This document shows positions 10,939 through 24,487 of a stretch of 64,000 bases of DNA, piece by piece (within the stretch, counting starts at the first letter, position 1; every line of letters starts with the position of its first letter). Both the position numbers and the translations under genes were made by a program. The DNA is from Lama glama (taxonomy: Eukaryota), in the NCBI GenBank assembly GCA_028534125.1, contig CM052816.1, positions 29,142,001-29,206,000 of the forward strand. The letters are read 5' to 3'. A model generated the notes under the pieces. The model ran no database searches, had not been told where the DNA came from, and was given only the letters and a program-made list of their open reading frames with translations.

Positions 10939-13900
10939 TTAAGACTTGACATGCCCTAATTCAAATGGTGTTTTTATACTAAGAGATCCATACTAATGTG
11001 ATAGGTCTTCAGTTCTACTCACAGCTTCAGGGCATCTTTAAATTCAAATCACTGTTACTATGTTTAAATAATGTAATTGTGCTCAAGGGACAGAAACCAC
11101 AGTATCAGATGAGGTCATGAGATTAATGGATTTGGAGGATCTTATTTTTTTCTCCTGGCTCACTTTTGGCTATTTCAGCAATGACAAATACACTAAAGAG
11201 AGCTGGTTTAATAAATGGCAAGTTTTATTATATGTTTGTAGTAAGTCAAGTCTATATCACAAAAGAGCCATTCGGTTAGTGAAGAGAAGTGGAGAGGGAG
11301 CAGAAACGAACGTCAGAGAAGAGATGGCCGTTTAAGGAAGAGAGTCAGGACTGGAAGGAGGAAGGGAGACGGGGAGAGGACAGGAGAGGGTGTCAGGTCC
11401 ATGACCTCTCACTGCTCTGGGCACACATTGCTTCTCTAGGCTCTTCACGCCTCATTTAGCATTGTAAGATGGCCCAGGACCCATGCAAAGAAGGCAAAGT
11501 ATGTTCTCTTAGGCAATTTTCTCCATAAGCAATGGGGGCACTGCCATCAGGTGAAATATTATGACTCTCAGTTAACCACGCCAACCACAACCACAACCAG
11601 AAGAGTAGGATCCTGAGCCTACTCTTCTTTTTTTTTCCCCCTTTTTCTAAGAACAGGCAGCCCAAGGATATCCTCATCACAGTTGCCCACTGAAATAAAC
11701 TAACAGGAGTGGAGAGAAAGGAGTGCAAAAGGTAGGGCAATATTCTTAAGACTATGATGTCTCATCTAAACAACTGCCTGGGCAGCTGTGGTTTTGTTCC
11801 CATCACTTCCCTCTTAAGAGCAGGCTGTCTCTCCATAAGCTCTTTGGCCTTCTAGTTACTCCTGCCAATATGCGGCAGAGTTCCACTTCTTTTCTCTCCA
11901 GATTCTTCTACTAGAAAGCATGCCTGAGAGAGAAAAATGAACCTGTATTTTCTACACTGAAAGTGGTAATAGACTCAGGCATCTTGGGACATATAATAAA
12001 GAAGCTTTCCCAACAAGGACCTGAAAGGTCATACCATCTAGGAAGGAGAATGAATGAAGTGAATTAATTACACTTAGTTGTAAGAGCTGATCAAGTCATG
12101 GCACAGTTTGAAGACATTATCAGTAAAATAAATGGCTTTCTAATTTAGGGTATTTTAAGATTCTCCATTAAATAGAAATATTTTTGCATGTATACATTTA
12201 AATAGGCCATCTAGTTCTAATTAGATCTAAAATGAGAGTGGAGAAAATAGCTGAAATGTCCAGAATTTATGCTCCATAAGCTATAGTCATTAAATTGTCA
12301 GAACAGGTTCTTATGTAGAAGAAAACTTTCTATTAAAAATGATGTACCCTTTCTTTATCTAAAGAGATCCAAAGATTTCAAATAATGAGTTAGAGGGTCA
12401 TTCTTTGTCTATTCAAACTGAAACTGGCCAGACAGGGTTTGAAATCATTTTACTTCTAGCCTGGACAACTCACCAACAAATTATGGTTTTCAATACCAGT
12501 GATAGATTTTAGTTCTCAATTGCACTGGTGCTAAAAAAAAAAATCTTGATTTTAAAACAAAAGGAAAAAAAAAGAGACTTTTCTTTTTTAAATTCTGGAA
12601 AACCATTGAACAAGTACAAAATCCTTACTTTCTTAGTTTTTGATACTTAGAGCCTCCAAAAGAATCTTTGTCATCATGCTATTCCTTAATTTATTCTAGT
12701 AAATGTTCTTACAAGATTCAGATTTACCCAATTACTTGCCTGCTTTACCTCTACTATTCAAATTCCTGCCAAAATCCAAATTAATTCTATTCAGCATTAT
12801 TTCCTATAGTCAATGAAAGGATATTGTCTAAATGCTAATCTGCTATTTATTCATTTTCCTCATACAGCTTCAGTCCCCCTGAGTTTGACATTTCAATAAA
12901 TCCTTAAAAGGGATTATAATGCTGTCTTGCTATATTTTGTTTCCTCCAAGAAAATAAATTAAGAAACTTTCCCACCTTTAACCTCTTAAAAAATTATAAA
13001 GGAGCTTATCTTTCTTCCTCTAGACAACAAGCTTTGAATGTGGAATTAATTCCAAGCATCTGGAATTAAAAAAAAAAAAAAAGTCCCTAGGTAACAGAAG
13101 ATGAATTCAATGGATTCTGGCAATAGCTTTCCTATAATTTGTTTACTTCAAAACAATCTGATCACCCTCATTCTCATAGGATGCTAAAGCCGAAAATCCC
13201 ATATGTGCTTATGCAATATTCAAAAGATCCCAGTTTTTTTTCTGCAGCTCTAACTACACAGCGCTTGCGTTTGCCGGCCATTGAAGGCAATCTGTGCATA
13301 GTGGATTGAAAATGCAATCCATGATGTGATTCTTCTTAACAGCACAAACTGAAAGGACAGGTTAACATTTTAGGCATGATTGGGGGAAAACTTTAATATG
13401 CAGGAATTAATTAATGTGAAAATAATTTATTGAACTAAGAGCTAGGCACAGCTGACTTGCTCATATAGAGTAGTTTACTGTGAAGAACCCAAAGAAAACT
13501 TATTCCCCTTAGGTACTCGTTACTACCAAATACATGGAGCAGGTAAAGCATGGGTGATGTGCATGGCCTACGATTGCCCGTGTTTTAAAGTTTATTTCAT
13601 CAAGTAGTTCATACCCATCATACAGGCTAGATTTACTTCATAGCTGTCCAAAATCATAAGGGCCTCATTGCTTCTGGCACTCAGATGTTCACAAGTCACA
13701 GTCAGTATTACCAAGGAAATAAACCCCTGCAGCCAAGATGTTTCTACAGTTTTTAAATCTGTGTTGGTCCATGCAAACTGACAAGTGCTAAGAAACTTAG
13801 GGTTTGTAGAAGGCATGAAATTATCTCCCAGAGGACAGCTTTTGGCTCAGCAAACAAACATTTCAGTTCAATTAAATGATGCATTTCAAGTATAAAGTAC

Positions 13901-13984
13901 CCTTTCTAGAACAGTCAATCAGTTCAGGGGTCCAAAATCCAGAAGAATGTTCAAAGTAGAAATCAATTTACACCTCCAGCCCCC

Positions 13985-14128
13985 ACGCTTGGGTCTCATA
14001 TCTAGGGGAATCTCATATGTACAAAATTAATTTTGTTTTTCTCTTGTTACTCTGTCTTACATCAATTTAATTACTAGACCAGTCAAAGAACCTAAAAGAG
14101 AAAAGGGAAAACTTTTTCTGCCCCTACA
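13985..14128 (+). mobile_element. ERV1 (MER4-group-like) LTR 3' fragment
   Basis: U5-type end 'ctcttgttactctgtctt...agaccagtcaaagaaccta...ttttctgcccctaca'. Confidence 0.6.
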
Positions 14129-14519
14129 CCTACAGACAACTATTTAGCCCTTCAAAGTTTAGGGAAATTAAACTATAATCAATTATTTCACAAAGGATCC
14201 TGGAATAAGAATTACAAATGGGGGGTGTTGCTCTAAAAAGGTGGGAAATAATACTCTCCCGGTGTTTAAAGTTTTAAAAAATTAACATTATGTGTTATTA
14301 AACTTGTTTTGCAAGAGACACATTCAATAAATGCTTCTATCAATACCCTCTTCAGATCTTTTAGTTTCATTTTTTCTGGCACCAACATTCAAAGCAATCA
14401 TATACTTGGGTGAACTTTTCAGTTTCTGAGGCATGAGTAACCTGATAATTTTTCTTTCAGTTTTTTCGTATAAACACTTCACTGTATTCAAAAGGGCAGA
14501 AGAATAGGAGCCTGCTTTT

Positions 14520-15038
14520 TATTCAGTTATCACATTAGTTAAATCACCTTCTGTTGCATAATAGATGCCTTAATCATGCTAATTTGGCAAATAAAGGAAT
14601 TTATTGGATCACATGGATTAAAAATCATGTATAACTTGAGCCCAGCGCTTGAACTATTTCAGCATAGCCAGGCTCTCTCCTTCTCTCCCTTCTGTTCCCT
14701 AATGGGATGGCTTATTCTCAAGTTCCACAATGAAGCAAGATAGCTAATCCACACCTTTCATGTTCAAGCTAGCAGAAAATAAAGAGCATGTCTTTTAGAA
14801 AAGCTCAACTTAGAACCAAAAGAACTTACTCTGATCAGCCCACTTAGGTCAGGTGTCTTTCCACAAAACAAACACCATGCTCTGGGAAATCAGGGTCACA
14901 GTTTTCATGCTGTGAAGTCTCTCCTGGACACTTGGGCAGGAAATAGGTAATCCAGTTCCCCAGAGGAAAACTGGCATACTTTTTCCTGTAGAGGAGGGAA
15001 AGGTGCTGGGCAAACAAAAATAACATATATCTGTTACA
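14520..15038 (-). mobile_element. Old MaLR LTR (MLT1J/K-like)
   Basis: 'aaaggaatttattggatcac', 'ctgatcagcccacttaggtcagg', 'tgctgggcaaacaaaa...ttaca'. Confidence 0.55.
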
Positions 15039-15104
15039 GCTTATAATACATTCAAAAACCCATTGCTCCACTGTCTCCACTGAGCAGAATTGCCATTGAA
15101 GAAC

Positions 15105-15747
15105 TGTTAGAGCAGGCAGATAGCTAGATATGAGAAGAGAAAGGGGGACGTAGGCCAAATGGCAGGAACAGGCAGAAAAAAGGAGGTGCACAGACCAAAC
15201 AGCAGGAAATCATACATCCTGTGAACAACGGGGGTCCTTGGGTAGAGAAAAGCAGGAACCTTGGGACAGGTAAGAGATCACACCTTTTGGGGTGACAAGT
15301 GTCCTGGAGGCAGACAAAGAAAGGTGAGAAAAGACAGGAATTTCCAGAGTCCAAATGTAACCTTTTGCTCATTATGCCCTCATCTCAATAAAATTAGCCT
15401 TGCAGATTAGAAGTATCCATCATGCACCAACATTATGACACTCCCGATTTAGACTAATTAAGGACAGAATCCCTCCTCCCACTGGGAAGGTGGAGCTAGG
15501 ATGAAAATCAGAAAATACAATCCCAAACCCTTCCCTCCCCAGTTAATATTTTGCCCATTCATTTTTATATCCTATGTAAACAACTTGGAAAAGAAACTCA
15601 GTGTAGTTGCTCACCTGAGCCTGCCCACTCTCCCCTTGAGAGCGAACTATCCCTTAATAAATCTTCACTTTATTTTACTTTCTTCACCTCCATGTCTTAT
15701 CTCTGAATTCTTTCTACGACGAGACAAGAACCTAATCGCCAGCAACA
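15105..15747 (+). mobile_element. Solo ERV1 LTR (5' end resembles MER50)
   Basis: TGTT...AACA termini; 4-bp TSD GAAC/GAAT; AATAAA at ~15656; U5 'ctgaattctttct...gagacaagaacc'. Confidence 0.8.
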
Positions 15748-17825
15748 GAATTTAACTCAGGCCAACTAAATGCTTCTTTTGATTAAAAAAAAAAACTAAA
15801 AATTAACACATAATTTCATTTTAGACATGATCAAAACACACACAAATGCACAATTTCAAGTTCTGTACAGTCATTTGGAGTCTTTATAGAGTCCTTGCTC
15901 AATGTTTGTAGTAGCTTACAGTTATCACAGAAACTAACTGTAATTGTGCTGATAACTTCTGATTTTCTTTCCCTAGAGGATGTGCATTTCTACCTGCAGC
16001 TTTTCCTTGAATATTATCACATTCCACTATCAACTCTGAAGATGAAATATAAGGGTTTTCTTTCACATCAACGCCCCCTGGGCTGTGGGCCATAATCAGC
16101 CCCGGCAGGAAGCTGGGTGTTTTGCAGAGTCACGTTGTGTGTCTCTGAGATCACACAAGGAAAGCAGCTCCACACAGGCCTCCTGCGAATTCCAGTATGT
16201 GGCTACAGTGATGTGATTTTTCTCTTTCTGAATAATTAATTTTCAAAAATTGGCACGAGGCTCTGTTATTTCTGTACTTGTCTGAGATAAGCCCCTCTTG
16301 TCTTGTTCAGTCTGCCTCTGGAGCACTGGGGTAACTTATCCCTGTTTTTGCACCTGCGAAGGTCTGGTTAGGGCTTCATTTCTACAGAAACAATCCATTC
16401 TCTGTCATTTCATCTAAAGTTCAGAGAAACAAGGATGGCTTTTCTAGCTTCAAACCTCATGTTTTCTTTTCTAAATGAAATTGTATCACATTTGTATATT
16501 CAGTACTTACCGGAATTAATGGATCCTGTTTTTAAGGAGATCACAGTCTGGTAGAATTTCTGATATGTTGTTTTGCTATACAATGATTTAGAAATGTATT
16601 CTAGAATCTTAAAACCACCTCTGATATGCATTGCTAATTTCCTAGCTAAAAAGTTGTCTCTGATATTAAATAACCACCAAAAAATAATAATTCACATGTC
16701 TATTCATGAATTCTAAGGGAGAGAACGGTGTTTTAATATATCTACATATAAACATTTATATTTATACATATATTTATATTTAATACATCAAACAAAACTT
16801 TTTGCTACATTTGCACACTCAAAGCATTTTTTTTCCTGTTGAACAAATTCCTGTTCTTTGGTTTTATCAAATCATAATTATAAGAATAATTTACAAATTT
16901 TAAAAATAAAAATTAATTTTAAACTTCCTTTGGGTATAAACAGTTTGACAATTCTTTATATATCTTTAGATGCCATTATCAAGCTCTTATAATTCTTTCC
17001 TGTTAAAGTGGATTGGACAACACTAGAAGGGAAGAAAGACTTCTTTTTTGTTTTGTTTTCTGGTCATTTCTTGAACACCCAAGTATGGCTTGGATCTAGC
17101 AGCTAAAGAGAAGTAAGTCATGGAAGAAGATACTGAAGAGCTAATTAATTTATACAAGACAAATAAATCCAAGACAAGAAGAAGCCTTCAGGATTATAAA
17201 TTATAGGATTTTTCCCTATTACAGCTCCAAGTACAAGAAATAAAAATAAGGGTTTATTTTCCCAGGATTTAAAATACCAGAAAAGAATCTTCCATGTGAA
17301 ACTTGCTCTTATGCACAGCATCAGATTTCCCCCTTGATGTGTAAAGCAAGAAGTAATGGGGAAAAAAATCCCAGCTAAATCAAAACCACAAGTATCTCTG
17401 ATGCCCTGGCCCTAAAGGCTTTTAGTCTTCTTGCAAAAACATTTTTACCGTGTAACCAAAATAACTGTCTGAGGCACCTTATCTGCAATCTCTTGCAAGG
17501 TTTTAAAAATACTTTCAAATACAATTTAACTCACCAAAGGTCCAATTAGGATTTGAGGCTACAATAATAACTACATGTCCACTTCTGGTTGTTTAACACA
17601 TAAGAATCTGGGGAAGGCTGGTACTAGAGCAAACTAAATTATAAGATAAACTTGTTAAATAAGTCTACTTTTACTAGACTTTTGAAAAAGAATCCAAATG
17701 ATGAAAGCATAATCCACTATCATTTGTTTTACTAATTCCTCAAATCTTCACTCAAATAATAGGGTCAGTTGTATATTTATTAGTTATATATTTATCAACT
17801 TGTGTGTGATCTGGAAAGATAAACT

Positions 17826-17901
17826 AATATAACTGAATCACCATGCTGTACACCAGAAATTAACACAACATTGCAAACTGACTATACTTCAAAAAAAAAA
17901 A
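17826..17901 (+). mobile_element. Very short L1 3' tail
   Basis: 'tataactgaatcaccatgctgtacaccagaaattaacac...ctatacttc' plus poly(A). Confidence 0.8.
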
Positions 17902-17924
17902 GTGATAGACATCATACAGAAACA

Positions 17925-18990
17925 AAAATGAATAAAATAAAATAAAATTTATATAGAACCACAAATACACCAAATAACCAAAGCAATCTTGAAAAAGAAG
18001 TACAAGAGTAGAGGCATCACACGTCCTTACTTCAAACTAAATTACAAGGCTATAGTAATCAAAACAGTAATGATACTGACTTATACATTGACACACAAAC
18101 CAACTGAACAGAATTGAGAGCTCAAAAATAAACCTACATATATAGGTTCCACTACTGTTTGACAAGGGAGCCAAGAATACACAGTGGGGAAAAGACAGTC
18201 TTTGCAATAAATGGTGATGGGAAAACTGGATATTCACATGCAGAAGAATGAAAATAGATTCCTATCTTATACAATTCACAAAAATTAACTCAAAATGAAT
18301 TAAAGATTTAAATGTAATACCTAAAATCATAAAACTCCTTAGAAGAAAATATAGAAGGTAAGCTCCCTGATATTGGTCTTGGAGATGATTTTTTGGATAT
18401 AACTCCAAAACCACAAGCAAAAAAAGCAAAAATTTTAAAGGGAGTTTATCAAACTAAAAAGCATCTGAATATCAAAAAAAATTAACACAAGTGAAAAAGC
18501 AACCTATGGAATGGGAGACAATATTCGCAAATAATATATCTGACAAGAGGTCACTATCAAGGTGGGAGGGTAAATTGGTGCAACCACTCTGGAAAACAGT
18601 ATGGAGCTTCCTCAAAAGAGTAAAAACAGAACTACCATACAATCCAACAGTTCCACTTCTGGTTATATATCCAAGGAAATGAAATCAAGATCTCAAAGAT
18701 ACAGCTGCACCCCCATGTTTGCTGCAGCATTGTGCATAATAGCCAAGACATACAAACAACCTAAGAGCCCACAAGCAGATGACTATAAAGAAAATGTGGT
18801 GTATATATATATATATATATTCCCACCAACAATGCACAAGAGTTCTCCTTTTTCCACATCCTTGCTACCAATTGTTATCTCTTCTCTTAATATACACAAT
18901 GGAATATTATCCAGTCATTAAAAATGAGGAAATCTTGCTACTTGCAATAACATAGATGAAACCTGAAAATTATATCTTAGTAAAGCTAGA
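17925..18990 (+). mobile_element. Degenerate L1 ORF2 3' region with an internal deletion and an inverted insert
   Basis: 'tacaaggctatagtaatcaaaacag', 'aataaatggtgatgggaaaactgg', [10 protein letters not shown] motif; jump at ~18560; antisense L1 piece at 18821-18888. Confidence 0.9.
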
Positions 18991-19023
18991 AAAAAATTTA
19001 AAACATAAGCACAATTTATTTTC

Positions 19024-19028
<5 letters not shown>

Positions 19029-19088
<60 letters not shown>

Positions 19089-19089
19089 A
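19029..19089. repeat. Compound (CT)n(CA)n microsatellite
   Basis: Read directly from the sequence. Confidence 0.95.
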
Positions 19090-19129
19090 TCCCACAGTTA
19101 AAAAGCAGTCAAAAAAAAAATGAGGATCA

Positions 19130-19347
19130 GGGCTGAGGAGTATAAGCCTTGCTCCTAAGTCTTTTCGACTGCTTTAATCAGTCCCTAGATTATCCTGGAT
19201 GATCTCCCATAGTTAAAGCCCACTGAATAAGGATTTCAATTACATCTGCAAATTCCCCTCACAGCAATACATAGATTCATGTTTGAATAACTGGGGATGT
19301 AGCTAAGCCAAGGAGACACAGCAGAAAGAAAAAAAGAAACCATCACA
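19130..19347 (-). mobile_element. MLT2 (ERVL) LTR fragment
   Basis: 'ttacatctgcaaattcccctcacagcaa...tgtagctaagccaagg...accatcaca'. Confidence 0.7.
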
Positions 19348-21029
19348 TTATAAAAACCCATATATATAAATGAGGAGGTTAAAAAAGATTATTTAAATGT
19401 AGAAACTATAGCCATTTATTCAATGTCTCTGCCTTCATAAAAAAGCATGACAATAAAAGCCAGGCAAACCTTGTAAAAGAATAAAGATGTTTCAATAGGC
19501 ACAAAAGAGACATTTAGTATGAATGTCATTTTTCTTGAGATGAAAGTAGAAGTCATCATAAAATAGTCAAACATAGCCATCTACAACATATTGTTTTGGC
19601 TTTTAGAAGGAAATTCAATATAGCTCATAAGTCAGGTTCACCATGATCAAGGACCAGAACCTGGAAAATACTGGACATCATAAGTGACACGGTGACTGAG
19701 AAACCAGCACTCGTTATATTTTATCATGATTCAAGACAAAACAACCCTCAGTTCCACGCCTTGAAGGGGACCAGAGGTTAGAAAAGTGTTAGCAGTTATT
19801 TTATGACCTTCCCAGCTTTGAAAAGAAAGTCCCCTTAGGACAAGCAAAGCCCCCTTGTTTCCCATGATTTGAGGACCAACAGCATTTTATCACAGTGTGA
19901 GAGGTTGATTCTAGTTGTTTAATGGCACACATCTTTCCACCTATGGAGCTGAAGGCAGTGCTTTACCAGAACCACGACTCTCCCTCCTTTAACCTGAGTC
20001 GGCAGTAGCTCTGGACCCTTCACTCCAACTGACTGTTCTCTGCAAGCTACAATTCATCTTCTTTTCTTTTCTTTTTTAAAGCATTCACATTGGAAAAGAA
20101 AGCTACATAGGAGCTTGCCTGAGTCTCTATTATCAGAACAAAAGGAGCAACAGTGTGCCTCAGTAGTTCTTTCATATTGATAACTTTTACGAACTGAATG
20201 TTCTCGCTGGGAAGTTAGAGAAGTCACTGAGAAATTCATTATGCAGGGAGAAAACTCAAGGTGGCTTCTGACACTGTGTAATTTTTTTTTTCCATTAGAT
20301 TGCTACAGTACTTACCCCTCACCTGGGTGTGAACAATGCTTAATAAAACCCTGTAAGTAATAACACTCTGCTCTCAGATTATCATCATCAGGATGTCTCT
20401 GTACACAGTGTATACAGTTATCCTAAGTATTCCTGCCTACACTGAAACAAGCAAAGGGCAGGAAGACTCTGCTGAGATGGAGATATTATTGGGCAGCTGA
20501 TGGGTTCACTTACTAAGAGATTTACTTCTATCTACTGGCCTCACTTGTGAGATTAGTCTCACCTTCAGGGTCTATGTGTCCAAAGGGAGGGAAGACTCTG
20601 ATAGAGTTGAAGCTTGAACTTCAATTTATCCAAACCCGCCCTCTCATGGGAGAGGGCGAGTAAGCCTAGAGCAATGTCATTAAGGAGTAAAGACTTCTAC
20701 AGTAGATTCCCCTACTACCAGCACTAAAAGTGGGGAGCAGGACACACAAGAGGTAAGTATTTCCTATTGGCCAGATAAAAGGCTGAGCATGTGAGATTCT
20801 TAGGAAAGATGGTGAAGAGCTCATAGTCCTGGATTTGCAGAGAGAAAAGACCACAAAGAGCTTGAGAGGTCAAGGGTGAGTCAAGGTGACTAGATGGGTA
20901 ACCAGGACAGAATGCTGGTGGCACAGCAGGCCAGTGCAGACAACAGTAGCAGGACATGTTTTATAGAGCATCCTGGAGAGATGACAGGAGCAGTGGCTAC
21001 AGTAGACATTATACCCATCTCATTACTCA

Positions 21030-24000
21030 ACTTTTAAAATGAAAGCTATAAAATCTGATTGCATCTGTATGTATGTTTATGTATGTCTATGTAGGTACAT
21101 TATGAATGAGTGACATTTTTCTATCTCCGGATGGTATTGCCAAAATTAATTTGTTAAGGCCTCTATTTATTAGACTTAAAGACAAACAAGCACTATATAA
21201 ATTAAGTATATTCTAAAAAAATTTAAAAACTAACCCAAATGTTTTTCAAGTTCATATGATCTAGGATAATCTTCAGTTAATAAATCTAGTTTAAGTTTGT
21301 TAGTTTAATTTAAACAGGCATTTTGTTAGAGTTATCAGCAATAAATATAATATTTTTATTCTACCTAGGTTTAATAAAAGTCAAATAAGCTGATGTTATC
21401 TCTCATAGAATTTGTCAGCAAGAAAGATAACTTAAGATAATAGCTGTTTAATGTCTCATGACATTTTCATGGCTAATCTAAACATAATTGTTAAGAGCAA
21501 GTAAATTAAATAGATGTAAACAAAATAAACATTTGTAAATACACTTTTCAAGAATAATTATGCTTAAAAATAATTTCCAAAATTTTTTTGGTAATTTGAA
21601 ACCTTAAAGTTATACTGAGATAATTAAATGATGAATATTCACTGAATATCTATTATTTCCAAGTAAGATAAAATACTTCAACATTAATTACTGAACACAA
21701 GTTTATCTACTTTGGACTTCTTATAACAAAGAAACTAAGGATATTGGGTATATAAGTAAACATGTATTGTACATTGAAAAATTTGCTATGAGGAGGATTA
21801 CACTTCTAGCAGTTACACTTCTATGAAATGTATTTAAATCTTCCAATCCACAGAATGCTTGTGGAACAGACAATCCACAATTCTTACTTCTTAGTTTTTG
21901 TTAAGAATAAAGGATTAAAAGGGTTAAAAATTCTAATTAATCAATATAATTAAAATTACTAGAAATAATAAGGGAGACATCTCTACTCAGGGTAAGTAGG
22001 GTGTATTTTGGCTAAGAAAAGCTATGAGCTGCAGAGGTGCACTTTTGTTAAGGGAAATGAAAGTAGTTTTGTCCTAAAGTATAACTAGTTGTTTTATAAT
22101 GAAAAGAGGAAAATAAAGGACAAACTAAGTGGATATAGAAAGTTGTAGAGAAAGAGAGAGTGAGGGGGAGAGAAAAGGAGAATTTTACTTTGTATAGTCA
22201 AGCTGGCTTAAAATGAAATGAATTTATTATAAGGGTTTTTTTTAATAAGCTTTAATTAATAGTGTAAAACAATTTTCTTTCATCTACTACAAGGACAAAG
22301 TTATTTTGGAATATTTGCCTTCTCTAAATAAGACTGTGAAAAGTTTTTCTTTCCCTTTTAAGTACTCTACCTAAAAAGCAAAGATTCTGTATTTACAGCA
22401 AAATTACTTTTTGTGCTTTGTATTGTCTTTATCAAGTCTTTTAATACTTAAGAAAACCCAGTCTACTCAATATAAAAAGAGCTTAAGTTTTACAATTATG
22501 TAACTTTCTGTATTTGCCTTCAAAGTCTTTAATTGCCACTTTGGTTAAGTGGATTTTTTTTTCACTGATTTCCAAAAAAATAAATTCTAAATGAGGACTT
22601 TTTGCCTTTGAACAAACTCTGGGATTTTCCACAGGGTCTCTGAACATCTCAAAAGATTTGTCCTCTCTCCTTATAAAAAGAGAGATATTAAACTAATTAG
22701 ATTTATGTGATATGTTAAATCACATGGGAAACAGGAAGTGATGCTAAACCTCCTTTAGATTATAATATGTGGATATATGTTATTAATGTAAGTATTCCAG
22801 AAATTGTATAAAATTCCTCGAAGTCTGATATGTCCTAGTTTACTGTTATTAGTTGTTATCCTAGTTATTATCTTAAAATATTGTATGTCACAGAAATAAC
22901 CAGATTTCCTTGTCAATTCCATTATAATGAACTCTCAGATCTTTAACTATGGCCATTTTAAAGTCCTTTGTCATTTATAGACAGTTATTATCTTACTCTG
23001 ATGCTTTTGTAAAAGTATTCTTGTAAAAGCATTTTATCTTCAAGGAGACTCATGGAAAATACTCTAGTAAGTTTCTGATAACTTTCAGATCATACCACCG
23101 AACTGGATAAGAATCTGCAGAACTTTAATGGAGAAACTGATGGTTTTATAAAACAGGTAACAAAAGATTAATATCAACTAAGATCAAGCTTAAGACTTAA
23201 CTACATGGGACTAAATGAACTCAGGAGGATGATTATAATTTTTATGATTTTATTTGAAATATTGTTAATTCTTTAATGTTTTGTTTTACCAGATTTAAGG
23301 AAATCTTTTTCTTTTTTCTCTTAAGCTATTAGCAATTTGGTAAAATATACCTTTGTAAACAAAGATGAAATAATTATCTCTTTCTTCCTACCTGATCCCT
23401 CCAGAATTCAGAATTCAGAACGCTCAGAAACTCTTTTCTTATTTTCATGGTAATATAGTTATTTGCATAAGTTCAATAATAATCTGTTCTCCATGTAACA
23501 GGACACAATTGAAAACACTGGTTATATCAGCAAGGCTTTGACTGAAATGTCATACTTGAGAATATACATAAAATCAGATGTGACCAACTTTACAGAACTA
23601 AGTTTGACTATATGGAACAAATAAAAGTCCCTTGAAAAAAGTTAGCCTGTTACCTTGCTTACTGGGTTCCCAGCAGCCTTATCAGGTGAGTTAAGAAAGT
23701 CACTTTGCAGCTGGCCCAGGAACCTTCGGAAATCTCGGGGACCTGAAGAAGAGAGGAATTCATCCAAATTGATAGGTATTACAGGCGAAGTCTGATGGTG
23801 AATTCTTGGCCTGGCTTCTTAGCCTGGAGAAGTTTTAAAAATCCAATCTAAGATTCCTGTGAAAAGTTCTAGCAAAGCATATTTTAAGAGCGCTGATACA
23901 GTCAATCACTATTCTTGCTGCACATATGTAATTAATGGGGCCAAGTTTAATAAGATTAGACTTGTGTAAACAAATTAGTTCTATGATTATCTTTGATAGA

Positions 24001-24230
24001 AATGAGGGTAGTTACAGAGAAAAAATTACGTTTCAGTAGAAAATTATTACACAGCCTTGTAGATACAGATTCTGGTCCTGTGCATTGTCTTTGAGGTGCT
24101 ATAATACGTATCAGTAAACCAAACTGGATCCTGAATTCTAGTTTCCACAAGTATTTGGCTACAACTCTCCAAACTAACATTTTCAATTTTCTCCCAGTCT
24201 TCTAATTTGAAATCACTAAGAACAAAGACT
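21030..24230 (+). mobile_element. Non-coding AT-rich ERV1 internal segment (MER4-group-like)
   Basis: Characteristic tracts 'aaactaacccaaatgtttttcaagttca', 'agagatattaaactaattag', 'gttcccagcagccttatcaggtgag', 'ggacctgaagaagagaggaattca'; no gag/pol/env ORF. Confidence 0.75.
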
Positions 24231-24487
24231 GGCCTTCATCTTCCTTGGCTCAAGATTACAAATCAAAACAGTAAGGACAACTAATCACAAACAACCAGGT
24301 AGGCTTTAGGCTATGCCAAAAAAATTATTTCCTTACCTTGCTTCTGCCTTTTCTCTATAAAAGCTTCTCCCAAAGCTCTTATTGGTGGATCTTTCCTAAC
24401 CATTTCTGGTTTGGCACTGCCCAATTTGAATCAATTTTGCTCAAATAAGCTCAAAAATTTTAATATGCTTCAGTTTATTTTTTAACA
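24231..24487 (+). mobile_element. 3' part of an ERV1 LTR (MER34/MER39-like) joined to the internal segment
   Basis: TATAAAA at ~24356; end 'ttttgctcaaataagctc...ttttaatatgcttcagtttattttttaaca'. Confidence 0.7.

Noticed and set aside
13513..13542. Plus-strand 30-nt micro-exon-like segment (ccccttAG...CAG|GTAAAG)
   Set aside because: Donor only moderate, no partner exons, peptide unrecognised
15899..16093. Minus-strand 64-aa ORF ending near a GTAAGC donor
   Set aside because: In-frame stop shortly upstream and no homology recognised
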